A stretch of 64,000 nt of DNA. It comes from an uncultured virus (IMG/VR IMGVR_UViG_3300017714_000002) (taxonomy: Duplodnaviria; Heunggongvirae; Uroviricota; Caudoviricetes). The notes beneath the pieces are model-generated. The model worked only from the letters and a program-made list of their open reading frames with translations. It was not told where the DNA came from and made no database searches. The stretch lies in IMG/VR virus record IMGVR_UViG_3300017714_000002. One strand, 5' to 3'. The position numbers and the translations under genes are program-made. Position 1 is the first letter of the stretch, and each line of letters starts with the position of its first letter. Below are positions 1-11,235 of this stretch, one piece after another.

Positions 1-1
1 A

Positions 2-2839
2 GGATTAACAGCAACACTTAATATTACAACAGAAGGAAACCCAAATAGATATACTATTAATTGGGGTGATGGAGATGTTACAACAGCTACAACTGATAGT
101 ACTCCAACACACGTTTATAATAACAGTGATAATTCTCCTTTTGATGTGCAAGTTACAGCATTTCATGATCAAGGTGTAGGAGCTGGTAGCTCACAATCAA
201 AAACAAGAGAAGATTATATTTCAATTTTTACCGCCAACCCAGTAGTTAGTTTTGTCGCATTTGACTCACTAACAGGCGGTTCACAGGTTACTACCTGGAA
301 CGACGGTGATACTGTCTACTTCCAAAATACAACAACGAACACAGCCGGAGCAACAATCCAATATACTTGGAATTGGGGCGACGGTTCTGCGGACGATGTT
401 ATATCTGACAACTCAGTTTCAGGTGGTAGTGCTGGTCCGAGGATAGCTCACACATTCTCGGCCAGCACACTCACAGACGTTACTCGTACAGTATCATTAA
501 CACTTGATGCACACGATACAATGACACAAAGTTTACTACCACTAAATGGTAGTGACTCATTTAAAATCTATGATACACATACTCCAGATACAACTTCAGA
601 TATTACAACAGGTATTAATGAAGAATCATCAAATGGATTAGATGTTACATTTACAAACAACACAGAAGCTACTATAGGAAGTTATGCAGATTATGGTATA
701 ACTTATAGATGGGATTTTGGAGATGGAACAATAGAAACAGTTAATGTAGGATCGGGTCAAGCAGGAGATACAGGCAGTACGATAACACACAAATATACAT
801 TAACAAATAATAATACACCTCAAGATTATACAGGTAATTTACAAGTAATAAGTGGACACTCAAGCAGTCCATTTACAAGTTCGTCGTTTAGTATACACGT
901 TGAGCCAGACGTAAGAGCAAACATATCTGGAACGGCAGTACAAGTATCAGACAAGAATGGAGATAACCAGTTTGATGTTTATGATGGATTTGATTATTTA
1001 GGTAATAACAGAGCAATAGTAGAAGTCACAGATACTTCAGAAAATAAAGATAGTGCTGAATTTAATTGGAATGATGGAAGTTCTAATGATACAACAACTA
1101 CTGAAGGATCTATACAACATGACTTCTCAGGCAAAACACCTGGTAACTATCAACTAGATTATACAGCTAGTGGTACACCAGATATAACAGCTCAAACAGA
1201 TACACAGAATTTAACGTTTCAAGTTCATGCAGTTCCTACTGCTCCAGACGGACTTGGAAATAAAACAATTTCACTAGTAGATCCTGCACAAGGTACTGAT
1301 CCAAAATTAGCATATAATTTCACAGATAATAGTGCAACGTCACCATTAACAGCAGGTGATGATTTGGATACAAATACTGCAAGAAGATATACTAGTGGAA
1401 CACTTGACACAACAATAGCTGAAAATGCATATAATGGATTAGCGGGTACTGTAACTGCAATAGTAAATGGTACACCAAATGGATCAACAACCTTTTCTAC
1501 TTCCCTCAATGAAACTGGTACATTTAATGATTTAGTGATCACTCAACAAGATGATGCTCACAATACAATAAGTGCTTCAACATACCCAACTGGTTTCTAT
1601 CAAACATTTGATTCAAAAATTTCTAAACCATTTGCAGAGTATGCTATTGGTGTTAATGATCAGAGAATAGAACATAGTACAACAGGTGAAACAAATTACG
1701 TAACAGTTATGTGTGATGATCTAACAGACGTACCTACACTTGATAATACTAGTTCTATTCTTTCTGAAAGTGTTTCAGGAACTTATAGATACATATCAGG
1801 TATACCATATTATAATACAGGAAATCCAAAATTAATATTATCTGGATTAAATGTATCAAATTGGATAGGACAAGCATATAGAGATACTAATAATGTTTTA
1901 GAAATTAGTAATGGTACTAATGTAGAAGGTACCTCAGCTGGTACAATTCAAACACAATTTAAAGACTATGCGGACTTAGAAGATGCTTCATATCTAGTAA
2001 GTGGTATACCAACAGCTAACACATTAAGTTATTCGTTTGCTGATCAAACTATTGATATTACACAATCAAATATTGCGGCAATAGAAACTATTAAAGCTAG
2101 AATAAAAAATGTTAACGGAACAAGTAGTTATACAGAATTTGATACAAAAGTACAAGTACATAGATCTAATCCAACAGGTGTAATAGAAGATAGTATTCCT
2201 GTAGCGGGTAGTTTAGGTAATGGAACAATAACAGATAATGCAATACGTATAGCAGATTTTGTTTCAGATAGTACAGACAATCCAACAATAGTAGGTTCAA
2301 CAGATTATACAGCTACACCATTTACTGGTGCAGTAAGTGTAAGTGGAACACAAGAAGCAACTGTACGTTGGGGAACATTAGAACACAATACAACAGATTA
2401 TTCAACTGGGTATCTTCCAGTTGGCCCTGATAGAAGTGCAGACACAGGAACACAATATTTTACATTCGCATTCCGTAGACAGGTTGTAGCTAACTTTAGT
2501 ATTACAATTAATACAAATGGAATAAGTGGATTATGGATTGCGGCACCAGGTACTACCGTTGACGGTGCAAGTGGATTAAATGGTTGGATAGATGGTACAG
2601 CTCAATACGCAGGTGTTGGTGTTCCAGGTAGTAACACAGGCTCAGGTGGTAATGGTAGTGATGGTTGTGCATTAACAGGTGCAGACGTTATTCCAACTAA
2701 TTCAAGTATTAACTCAACTTATACAATGACATTAGGTAGTGAGAATATGAGTAATGCAACTAATAATGTTGTATTGATTAGAATAGCATTAGAAGCAGGA
2801 AAACAAATTACAAATTTACAAATAGGGGAGTCTAACTAA
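2..2839 (+). CDS. Large virion structural protein with PKD/Ig-like repeats (5'-truncated by window edge)
   Basis: The frame is open from base 2 (GLTATLNITTEGNPNRYTINWGDGD...), so the GTG at 146 is not the true start. Repeated PKD-type motifs (YTWNWGDGS, YRWDFGDGT, FNWNDGS); T/S/G/N-rich beta-type composition. Confidence 0.75.
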   Translation, partial: GLTATLNITTEGNPNRYTINWGDGDVTTATTDSTPTHVYNNSDNSPFDVQVTAFHDQGVGAGSSQSKTREDYISIFTANPVVSFVAFDSLTGGSQVTTWNDGDTVYFQNTTTNTAGATIQYTWNWGDGSADDVISDNSVSGGSAGPRIAHTFSASTLTDVTRTVSLTLDAHDTMTQSLLPLNGSDSFKIYDTHTPDTTSDITTGINEESSNGLDVTFTNNTEATIGSYADYGITYRWDFGDGTIETVNVGSGQAGDTGSTITHKYTLTNNNTPQDYTGNLQVISGHSSSPFTSSSFSIHVEPDVRANISGTAVQVSDKNGDNQFDVYDGFDYLGNNRAIVEVTDTSENKDSAEFNWNDGSSNDTTTTEGSIQHDFSGKTPGNYQLDYTASGTPDITAQTDTQNLTFQVHAVPTAPDGLGNKTISLVDPAQGTDPKLAYNFTDNSATSPLTAGDDLDTNTARRYTSGTLDTTIAENAYNGLAGTVTAIVNGTPNGSTTFSTSLNETGTFNDLVITQQDDAHNTISASTYPTGFYQTFDSKISKPFAEYAIGVNDQRIEHSTTGETNYVTVMCDDLTDVPTLDNTSSILSESVSGTYRYISGIPYYNTGNPKLILSGLNVSNWIGQAYRDTNNVLEISNGTNVEGTSAGTIQTQFKDYADLEDASYLVSGIPTANTLSYSFADQTIDITQSNIAAIETIKARIKNVNGTSSYTEFDTKVQVHRSNPTGVIEDSIPVAGSLGNGTITDNAIRIADFVSDSTDNPTIVGSTDYTATPFTGAVSVSGTQEATVRWGTLEHNTTDYSTGYLPVGPDRSADTGTQYFTFAFRRQVVANFSITINTNGISGLWIAAPGTTVDGASGLNGWIDGTAQYAGVGVPGSNTGSGGNGSDGCALTGADVIPTNSSINSTYTMTLGSENMSNATNNVVLIRIALEAGKQITNLQIGESN

Positions 2840-4029
2840 TGGCAATTAGTGATAATCAAAAAATTGACTACCTATTTAAGAAGATTGGTTATGGTGCTAC
2901 TAAAACAGATATTAATGCCAATAAGTTAGCGGCCAACGAAGCAATAGCAAGTCCACTTTTATTACGTGGTGATAAAGTTTGGGCAGAAGCAGGTAGCATA
3001 CCAGCAGTAAAACCATCAGCAGATACAACACAGGTAAAATTATATAATGCTGTTGAGTGTTCAGAAGATATTACATCAACAGGAAATAGAACATGGAAAA
3101 CAAGTATTACAGATTGGATAACTCCAGAATTTGGTAGTACATATCTAGTAAGTGTTTACATACATGATACTAACGATTCAGCAGGTGCTGAAAGTTTAGC
3201 TAACAAAGTATTTGTAACAGGTAGTGGTAATAATGACGAATGGTTCTTTGATTATCAATCTGGTGTACTAAACTTTATTGGTGATAGTTTACCAAATGGT
3301 AAATCATTTACAGGTAAAAGTGTATATATAAGTGGAGCAGTATATCAAGGTAGATTTGGTGTAGGTGATGCAACAGTAACGCAAGGCTTACAAGATCAAA
3401 TTGATAGTATCATTCAAAATACTGATCCAGCGGCACTTGACTCTTTAAGTGAAATTGTTACAGCCTTTCAAGGCGCTGATAGTGCATTCGCAACAAGCAC
3501 AGAATTAACTGACTTAGAAGCACTATTAAGAAATGATTTAGCATTCCCATCAACTAGTATAGAGCCAGCACAAACATTTACAGGTGATGGCACAACAACA
3601 GAATATCAATTAACAGCTAGTGATTTACCTTCAGTAGAAGCTATTGATGTATACGTAGACGATGTATTACAAAGACCAGATGTATTCTCAATAGATTCAA
3701 ATAAAAAACTAGTATTTAATGTTACACCAGATAATGGTGCAGATATATATGTAAAGTATAGATTTCATTTTGCAAGTATTACAGCATTTCCTGATAACTG
3801 CATAGAAAATAGACATCTAAACTTGATATATAATAGTAGTCAGTATGCTGGCGACAATAGTACAACACAATATACTATTCCAACTGGTCATACTGTACAT
3901 AGTATATTAGTAATTGTAGATGGAGCAATACTTCCTCCTACAGATTATAGTATACTAGGAGCTACATTAACTCTTAATAATGCTCCATCAACTGGAGCGG
4001 TTGTAGACTTCAGATTTCTTCCAATTTAA
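2839..4029 (+). CDS. Virion structural/fibre-associated protein
   Basis: Start overlaps the upstream stop (TAATG), with SD GGGGAG. Carries the TDPAALDSLSEIVTAFQ fibre motif and two 'F/YxGDG/NxTTxY..V.VD' beta repeats typical of large T4-like phage virion proteins. Confidence 0.65.
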   Translation: MAISDNQKIDYLFKKIGYGATKTDINANKLAANEAIASPLLLRGDKVWAEAGSIPAVKPSADTTQVKLYNAVECSEDITSTGNRTWKTSITDWITPEFGSTYLVSVYIHDTNDSAGAESLANKVFVTGSGNNDEWFFDYQSGVLNFIGDSLPNGKSFTGKSVYISGAVYQGRFGVGDATVTQGLQDQIDSIIQNTDPAALDSLSEIVTAFQGADSAFATSTELTDLEALLRNDLAFPSTSIEPAQTFTGDGTTTEYQLTASDLPSVEAIDVYVDDVLQRPDVFSIDSNKKLVFNVTPDNGADIYVKYRFHFASITAFPDNCIENRHLNLIYNSSQYAGDNSTTQYTIPTGHTVHSILVIVDGAILPPTDYSILGATLTLNNAPSTGAVVDFRFLPI

Positions 4030-4064
4030 ACAATATCATAATATATAATAAACAGCAATATTGA

Positions 4065-4071
4065 ATAAATA
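4065..4071 (+). promoter_or_regulatory. T4-type late promoter box (ATAAATA)
   Basis: Intergenic ATAAATA upstream of the long fibre gene. The same box recurs before most structural genes. Confidence 0.7.
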
Positions 4072-4177
4072 CATTGTATGGGTTTTACGGCCTATGCAGA
4101 ATACTTACTTTATGTACGTATTCTTTTGCTTATAAAGATTATAGGCAAATCAAATATATTTGATTGGAGAAATCTCT

Positions 4178-7100
4178 ATGGCTTTTAGACAAATTAAGAG
4201 TCCGGCGTTGGCTAACCAAGCGGTTATCGATACCAAACTTGATGCGAGTTCAGTTTCAGGCCAAACTGCAACTACATCAGCAAACAACTTAGATGCTTTC
4301 CTTTTACACGACAATGCGACTTCAGCTCTGAAAAGTATTACAGCGGCAAATTTTATTGGTTCATTTACAACTGATGATATTACCGAAGGTTCAAGTAATG
4401 AATACTTTACAGATGCAAAAGCTCAATCAGCAGTAGCGGCAGACATTGCTACAGCAGTGGCGGCAGAAGCAGTGATAGCACGTGCGGCTGAACTTCAGAA
4501 CGCAAATGATATCGCGGCTGAAACGTCAAGAGCGACAGCGGCAGAGGGTGTAAATGCGACGGACATCGCAAGTGAAATAAGCAGAGCTACAGCGGCAGAA
4601 TCCGCTCTAGATACAGCTTATAAAGCGGCAGATGCTGGATTACAAACTCAAATAACAAACATTATATCAAACGTTGACCCTGCGGCATTAGACAGTTTAT
4701 CTGAAATTGTTGCAGAATTTCAATCTCAAGATAGTGCATTGACTGCGGCAATAACAGCTAACTCGACTTTAATTACAAACGAGACAGCTAGAGCTCAAAC
4801 TGCAGAACAAGCAAATGCAACTGCAATTAGTACAGAAGCAACAAGAGCACAAGGCGCTGAAGCAACTAACGCATCTGATATTTCAACAGAAGCGGCAACT
4901 GCTAGAGCGGCTGAAAATGCACTTGATGCTAGAGTAACTGCTAATGAAGGTGACATTACTACACTAACAACTGGATTGGCGGCGGAAATATCTGCTACAG
5001 ACGGTGAAGTTTCACAACTACAAACCGACTTAGCGGCAGAAGTTACACGTGCATCAGGAGCTGAATTAGCAAATGCACAAGACATTGCAAACGAAGCGAC
5101 TGCAAGAGCAAATGCAGATACAGCGGTAAGAACAGACTTTGCAACAGCAGATGCAACAACTTTAGCATCAGCACAAACATACGCAGATACAGCAGAAGCA
5201 GATGCAATCGCTACAGCGGCGGCAGATGCAACTACAAAAGCAGACGCGGCACAAGCGGCGGCTGAAGCACACGCAGATACAGTATCAGCGGCAGAGACAG
5301 CGGCTATCAATACAGCGGTAGCAGTAGTTGACGCTAAAGTTACTACAAATGCTTCAGATATTAGTGCGTTAGAAACAGTAGTTGGTGATGTAGCAAATAC
5401 ACCACTTGATACTACAGCAACATCAATTGGTGCGGCTATCAACGAACTTCACGGTGAGATTGATACTAACACTACAGATATTGCAACTAACACAGCTGAT
5501 ATCGCAACTAATACAGCTGACATTGCAACTGAAACAGCTAGAATTGATAACATTCTAACTAACACAGACCCAGCGGCACTTGACTCACTGACTGAAATCG
5601 TTACAGCTTTCCAAGCTGGTGATTCAGCGGCAACAGCGGCAATTAACGCAAACGCAACTGCTATTTCGCAGAATGCTTCAGACATCACAACTGGTGACGC
5701 GGCATTACAAACAAATATCAATGCGGAGTCTACAAGAGCACAAGCGGCTGAAGGTGTTAATGCGGCGGCAATAGCGGCAGAAACAACAAACAGACAAGCA
5801 GGAGATGCATCAACTTTAGCATCAGCACAAGCATATGCTGATACAGCTGAAGCAGACGCGATTTCAACTGCGGCGGCTGATGCAACTACAAAAGCAGATG
5901 CGGCAGAAGCAAATGCAATCGCAGACAGTGATGCGGCAGACGTAGCACTAATGGGTGATGCAACACTAGACGGTACAGCAGGTAATACTGTAACAGATAG
6001 AATTGCAACAGCTAAAGCGGGTGCAGAAGCAACAGCAGAAGCTTATACTGACCAAGAAGTTCTAACTGAAAAGACTAGAGCACTTGCGGCAGAAGCGGCA
6101 AACACACTAGCTATTACAGCTAACACTGGTGATATAGCAACTAACGCGACAGACATTGCAACTAACGCAAGTGACATTGCAACAGAAACAGCAGACAGAA
6201 TTGCGGGTGACGCAACTCTAACTACTGCTATTTCAAATGAAGCGTCAACAGCTAGAGCGGCAGAACTTGCTAACGCACAAGCGGTAACAGCAGAAGAAAC
6301 AAGAGCACTTGCGGCAGAAGCGGCAAACGCAACAGCAATAGCAAACGAGGTATCTCGTTCAACTACTGCTGATTCAACGCACACAGCTAACATTGCAACT
6401 AACACTAACGATATTGCTACTAACTTAACAAGTATCAATAACGAAGTAGCTAGAGCAACAACAGCTGAAGCGACACTTCAAAGTAACATCGACACGGAAA
6501 CAGCTAGAATTGATTCAATCCTAACTAATACGGATCCGGCGGCGTTAGATTCACTAACTGAAATTGTTTCAGCATTCCAAAGTGCTGATAGTACAATCAA
6601 TGGTGCAATCACAAGTCTAAGTAATACTGCTTCAACAGACAGAGCGTTAATTCGTACTGAATTTGCGGCGGCTGACACAGCATTAGACACACGTCTAACA
6701 GCTGAAGAAGGCAAAGTATCTACTTTAGAAACACAAGCAGGTAGTGCGGCACTACAGACAACTGCACAAACGTTATCAGAAGCGATCAACGAACTGAACT
6801 CAGGTACAGCGGCTGATTTAACTTCTGTTAATAACGCAATTGATGCAGTAGAAACTGGTGCAGGTTTACAAAGTGACGGTTCTTACTCAGCACACTCAGG
6901 AACACACGCAATTGATTCAGCTTCATCATTACATGATGCAGACTCTAAATTAGATGCGGCAATCCTAGCTGAAAAAACAAGAGCTGAAGCGGCAGAAGCA
7001 ACACTAACTACAAATGTTTCAGCAAATGCAACAGCAATCTCTGGTAATACAGCAGACATTGCAACTAATGCAACAGCAATCGCAACTAATGCATCTGACA

Positions 7101-8908
7101 TCTCTACTAACGCGGCAGACATAGCGTCTGAAGCAAGTACAGCTAGAGCGGCAGAATCAGCGAATGCAAACGCAATTACAGCAGAAGCAACTACAGCAAG
7201 AGCGGCTGAACAAGCAAATGCAACAGCTATCGCAAATGAGTCAACAAGAGCTCAAGCGGCAGAAGCGGCAAATGCAACTGATATCGCAGACAACTTAACT
7301 GAAATTACAGCTACACAAGCTGGCGCAGGTTTAGGTGTTGATGGTACATATTCAGCAAATGCAACAGCAGACTACATCTCAACTGCATCATCATTGAAAG
7401 ATGCTGATAACAAGTTAGATGCGGCTGTTAAAGCAGAAGAAACTAGAGCTACAGCGGCAGAAGGTGTGTTAACTACAAACCTAGCAACTGAAGTAACTAG
7501 AGCTCAAACTGCAGAACAAGCTAATGCGGCAGATATTGCTACAGAAACAGCTAGAGCAACAGCGGCGGAAGCGGCTAATGCAACGTCTATTTCAACAGTA
7601 GCAACAGACTTGGCAACAGAAGTGACACGTACAGACGCTTTAGTAGTCACAGTTAACGATATTATCAGTAACACGGATCCAGCGGCGCTAGATTCATTAA
7701 CTGAAATCGTTACTGCTTTCCAAAATGCAGACAGCACACTAACAGGTACAGTAGCGGCAAACGCAACTGCCATTACTAACCTAAGTACAGCTTTAACAAG
7801 CGAAGTAAATGACAACGACACAGACCACGCGGCGGCGACAACTGACAGGGCGGCTATCCGTACTGAGTTTGCGGCGGCTGATGCGGCTCAAGACACAGTA
7901 ATCGCAACTAAACTAGCACTTGCTGGTGGAACAATGAGTGGCGATATTGCTATGGGCGGTCAACTAGTAACAGGTTTAGGAACAGCGGCCAATCCAGGTG
8001 ACGCAGTATCTAAAGCAGTACTAGATGCGGCAATTTCAGCACAAGACATCTCTACTAATACTACAGATGACTTAGCTGAAGGTTCAAACCTATACTACAC
8101 TGATGCCAGAAGCAGAGCGGCAATTAGTGTTAATGACGTTGCAGGCGCAGGCTTAGTAAGCTACGATAACAGCACAGGTGTTATCTCGGTTGACACTAAC
8201 GAATCAGTCCTAGACTTAACAGATGTATCTGATACAGATTACACTAACAAAGACGGATACGTATTAGCAGTTAACTCAAATGAAGACGGTATGGAACTGA
8301 AAAACCCGTTAAATGTTTTCTCAACACAAGAGAGAATGACAATTAATGGTGATGGATCTGCAACGCAGTATTCATTAACTTTCACTACAACACAAGACCA
8401 AGCAATGGTTTTTGTTGGTGGTGTTATTCAGGATCCATCAACTCACTACACTATCGATAGTGCGGCGAAAACTATCACGTTTAACTCAGCAGTACCAGTT
8501 GGTACACAAATTGTTGTGTTATCACCAGGTGCAGGACTTAACCCAGTACTACTTGCTAACTCAGTATCATTCGACAAACTAGCGGCTGATATTAAAGCAT
8601 ACGTACAAAAAGGTGAAGTATCAGCTTCCGGTTCAACTACAGTTGATTCATTCAACGGTGCGTTGTATCGTTCAGCGAAATACATCATGCAGGTTGATGA
8701 CGGCGCAGGTAACTATGAGACACGTGAAGCTTTAGTAGTACATGATGGTAGTACTGCATACATTACAGAGTACGCAATGGTTTATACTGGTGCAGACTTA
8801 ATTGGTGATGCAAGTGTTACTATGAACGGAAACCAAGTTGAATTAACTTACACTCCGACAAGTGGTACAGCTACAGTTAAAGTGATCGCTACTTACATTG
8901 ATGTGTAA
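4178..8908 (+). CDS. Long Ala/Thr-rich coiled-coil tail fibre-like protein
   Basis: The ATG at 4178 has SD GGAGA (4166-4170). Heptad-like repeats (ETARAxAAE, NATDIA), four DPAALDSL(S/T)EIV motifs, TDD(I/L)xEGSxNxY(F/Y)T motifs, and a C-terminal 'YRSAKY..QV...VVHDG..AYITEY' virion domain. Confidence 0.75.
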   Translation: MAFRQIKSPALANQAVIDTKLDASSVSGQTATTSANNLDAFLLHDNATSALKSITAANFIGSFTTDDITEGSSNEYFTDAKAQSAVAADIATAVAAEAVIARAAELQNANDIAAETSRATAAEGVNATDIASEISRATAAESALDTAYKAADAGLQTQITNIISNVDPAALDSLSEIVAEFQSQDSALTAAITANSTLITNETARAQTAEQANATAISTEATRAQGAEATNASDISTEAATARAAENALDARVTANEGDITTLTTGLAAEISATDGEVSQLQTDLAAEVTRASGAELANAQDIANEATARANADTAVRTDFATADATTLASAQTYADTAEADAIATAAADATTKADAAQAAAEAHADTVSAAETAAINTAVAVVDAKVTTNASDISALETVVGDVANTPLDTTATSIGAAINELHGEIDTNTTDIATNTADIATNTADIATETARIDNILTNTDPAALDSLTEIVTAFQAGDSAATAAINANATAISQNASDITTGDAALQTNINAESTRAQAAEGVNAAAIAAETTNRQAGDASTLASAQAYADTAEADAISTAAADATTKADAAEANAIADSDAADVALMGDATLDGTAGNTVTDRIATAKAGAEATAEAYTDQEVLTEKTRALAAEAANTLAITANTGDIATNATDIATNASDIATETADRIAGDATLTTAISNEASTARAAELANAQAVTAEETRALAAEAANATAIANEVSRSTTADSTHTANIATNTNDIATNLTSINNEVARATTAEATLQSNIDTETARIDSILTNTDPAALDSLTEIVSAFQSADSTINGAITSLSNTASTDRALIRTEFAAADTALDTRLTAEEGKVSTLETQAGSAALQTTAQTLSEAINELNSGTAADLTSVNNAIDAVETGAGLQSDGSYSAHSGTHAIDSASSLHDADSKLDAAILAEKTRAEAAEATLTTNVSANATAISGNTADIATNATAIATNASDISTNAADIASEASTARAAESANANAITAEATTARAAEQANATAIANESTRAQAAEAANATDIADNLTEITATQAGAGLGVDGTYSANATADYISTASSLKDADNKLDAAVKAEETRATAAEGVLTTNLATEVTRAQTAEQANAADIATETARATAAEAANATSISTVATDLATEVTRTDALVVTVNDIISNTDPAALDSLTEIVTAFQNADSTLTGTVAANATAITNLSTALTSEVNDNDTDHAAATTDRAAIRTEFAAADAAQDTVIATKLALAGGTMSGDIAMGGQLVTGLGTAANPGDAVSKAVLDAAISAQDISTNTTDDLAEGSNLYYTDARSRAAISVNDVAGAGLVSYDNSTGVISVDTNESVLDLTDVSDTDYTNKDGYVLAVNSNEDGMELKNPLNVFSTQERMTINGDGSATQYSLTFTTTQDQAMVFVGGVIQDPSTHYTIDSAAKTITFNSAVPVGTQIVVLSPGAGLNPVLLANSVSFDKLAADIKAYVQKGEVSASGSTTVDSFNGALYRSAKYIMQVDDGAGNYETREALVVHDGSTAYITEYAMVYTGADLIGDASVTMNGNQVELTYTPTSGTATVKVIATYIDV

Positions 8909-8940
8909 GGAGTATATCGCTTCTTAAGTAACCAAACTTA

Positions 8941-8974
8941 AAGGGGCGTAACAAATTAAGGTTACGCCTCTTTT
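8941..8974 (+). terminator. Intrinsic terminator
   Basis: AAGGGGCGTAAC-N8-GTTACGCCTCTT stem followed by Ts. Confidence 0.75.
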
Positions 8975-9018
8975 AAAGTAGCTTTATTATCAAAGTTGAT
9001 AATACTGCTAGAAAAAGA

Positions 9019-9025
9019 ATAAATA
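9019..9025 (+). promoter_or_regulatory. Late promoter box
   Basis: ATAAATA about 50 nt upstream of the 9078 start. Confidence 0.65.
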
Positions 9026-9077
9026 CTTTGCTACTCAATGTGGCAATAACTTTTTTGATCAAAAAGGAGTCATAAAA

Positions 9078-11123
9078 ATGGCACAAAGAAAATTTATAAT
9101 TGACGGTGGTTTTAAAACTGATGACGCCTCAGAATTACTAGCCAATTTAACGATGGGTGGTTCAATCCTACCTGACGTTGATTCGGATGGTACAACTGGT
9201 TACGACTTGGGTTCTACTACTGCAAAATGGAAAGATTTATACCTTTCTCAAGGATCACTTTACATTAATAACCAAAAAGTAATCCATGATGATTCAGGTA
9301 CAATCGTTCTTAAAGCAGATACGGACCAAGGCTTAACTGTTAAAACTGAGGGCACAGGAGTAATTACCCTGCAATCAACACAAACAGTAAATGTCGCTGG
9401 TACTTTACAGATGCTAGATGGCAAAAACATCACTTCAAGTGGTGGAACTTCAGTTGGTTTTGGTGACAAAATTGACATGAATTCAAACAAGATAATAAAT
9501 GTTCCAAATCCGACAGACGGTGGGGACGTTTCTAACAAAACTTATGTGGACTTACAGATTTCAAACGTAGTCAACGGTGCACCAGGTGCGTTAGATACAT
9601 TGAACGAATTAGCAAACGCCTTAGGTGATGACGCTAATTTCTCAACTACAATAACTAATAACATTGCGGCAAACGCAAGTGCTATTACTGCTCTACAAAC
9701 TACAAGTAGCAATAATGGTACTGCAATGACTACAGCTCAAGCAGATATTATTGCTAATACAACAGCTATATCTTCTGAAGCAACTACAGCTAGAGCGGCA
9801 GAAGCCACTTTAACTACAAACCTAGCGGCAGAAACTACAGCTAGGGTAGCTTTTGAAACATCTGCAACTGCAGACATTGGTTTAAAAGCGGCGAAGACTT
9901 ATGTTGATTCACAAGACGCGGCATTAACATCTACACTACAAAGTTATGCAGATACAGCTGAAGCAGATGCTGTTACTTCTGCTAACTTATATACAGACGG
10001 TAGAGAAACTGCAATTACAACAGCTTATACTAGTGCAATATCAGTACTTACAACTGATGATGTTCCTGAATCAGGATCACCAACTAATGTATACTTTACT
10101 GACGCAAGAGTAGATACTGCATTAGGTACAGTTGGCGCAGACATTCTTCCTGCAACAACTGAAACTTACAACTTAGGTTCAGCAACAAATCGTTGGAATA
10201 AACTATTCCTAAAAGGTTCAACAATTGACCTAGGTGGTGTAGACATTTCAGCTTCAGGTGGCGGTATGTCAGTTGGTGGTTCAGACATGGCTACTCAAGC
10301 ATATGCAGACCAAGCAGAAGCAGATGCGATTACAACAGCAGTAGCTAATATTAAAGGCAATGCTCTAGACATGGGTGCTAATGATATTACTACAACTGGT
10401 AAAGTTAAATTTGCTAACGTTTACGCGACAGACGGCGATCTACCAGCGGCGGGTACATACCACGGTATGTTTGCTCACGTACATGATGGTGGAAAAGCTG
10501 TTTTTGCTCACGCAGGTAACTGGGTGGAACTAGCTAAACAATCAGATCTTACAACTGCGGTTAACAACCTTGTAGATTCAGCACCAGGTGCTTTAGATAC
10601 ATTGAATGAACTAGCGGCGGCAATGGGTGATGATGCTAACTTTAGTACAACAATGACTAACAACCTAGCAAGTAAAGCGGCAACAGGTACTAACATGATA
10701 GCTGGTAACGGCTTAACAGGTGGTGGTACACTAGCAAGTGATCGTACATTTAACGTCGGTGGCGGAAATGGTATCACAGTAAGTGCAGATGGCATAGCTA
10801 TGTCAGGTTCATATACTGGTGACTTTACAGCAACTGGTGATGTTACAGCATACTCAGATGAGAGCTTAAAAAGAAACATTCAAGTAATTGATGGTGCTCT
10901 AGGAAAAGTAGAGAATATTAGTGGTTACACTTGGAACAGAATTGCAGATGATTCAAGAGCAACAGGTGTTGTTGCCCAAGAATTAGAAGCAGTACTTCCA
11001 GAAGCAGTACACACTGATGCAACTGGTTTAAAATCAGTAGCATATGGTAACATTACAGGTCTACTAATTGAAGCGGTTAAGGAATTATCAGCTCAAGTAG
11101 CAGAACTTAAAGCTAACAAGTAA
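9078..11123 (+). CDS. Tail fibre protein with C-terminal intramolecular chaperone (peptidase S74-like)
   Basis: Two APGALDTLNELA(N/A)A(L/M)GDDANF motifs and a YHGMFAHVH..FAHAGNWVEL module. C-terminus AYSDESLKRNI...GVVAQELEAVLPEAV...VAYGNITGLLIEAVKEL is the classic S74 pattern. Confidence 0.85.
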   Translation: MAQRKFIIDGGFKTDDASELLANLTMGGSILPDVDSDGTTGYDLGSTTAKWKDLYLSQGSLYINNQKVIHDDSGTIVLKADTDQGLTVKTEGTGVITLQSTQTVNVAGTLQMLDGKNITSSGGTSVGFGDKIDMNSNKIINVPNPTDGGDVSNKTYVDLQISNVVNGAPGALDTLNELANALGDDANFSTTITNNIAANASAITALQTTSSNNGTAMTTAQADIIANTTAISSEATTARAAEATLTTNLAAETTARVAFETSATADIGLKAAKTYVDSQDAALTSTLQSYADTAEADAVTSANLYTDGRETAITTAYTSAISVLTTDDVPESGSPTNVYFTDARVDTALGTVGADILPATTETYNLGSATNRWNKLFLKGSTIDLGGVDISASGGGMSVGGSDMATQAYADQAEADAITTAVANIKGNALDMGANDITTTGKVKFANVYATDGDLPAAGTYHGMFAHVHDGGKAVFAHAGNWVELAKQSDLTTAVNNLVDSAPGALDTLNELAAAMGDDANFSTTMTNNLASKAATGTNMIAGNGLTGGGTLASDRTFNVGGGNGITVSADGIAMSGSYTGDFTATGDVTAYSDESLKRNIQVIDGALGKVENISGYTWNRIADDSRATGVVAQELEAVLPEAVHTDATGLKSVAYGNITGLLIEAVKELSAQVAELKANK

Positions 11124-11141
11124 TTATATTACTAATATATT

Positions 11142-11174
11142 AAAGCGAGTGTAAGAAATTACACTCGCTTTTTT
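11142..11174 (+). terminator. Intrinsic terminator
   Basis: AAAGCGAGTGTAA-GAAA-TTACACTCGCTTT followed by a T-run. Confidence 0.85.
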
Positions 11175-11235
11175 AATGACTATACAATACTTTAAAAAGC
11201 GATAAATAGTATTATAATTAGCTGTAGGAGCAAAA

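Noticed and set aside
4795..8688. Long minus-strand ORFs opposite the fibre genes (also 1225, 9260, 10508, 12156, 13194)
   Set aside because: These are antisense shadows of Ala/Thr-rich repetitive coding sequence; they have no SD or promoter, and their composition mirrors the plus-strand codons.
4178..8908. Tape-measure protein
   Set aside because: The fibre-type motifs shared with the S74-bearing neighbours and the C-terminal beta domains fit a fibre better, and the gene is not adjacent to the tube/chaperone genes.
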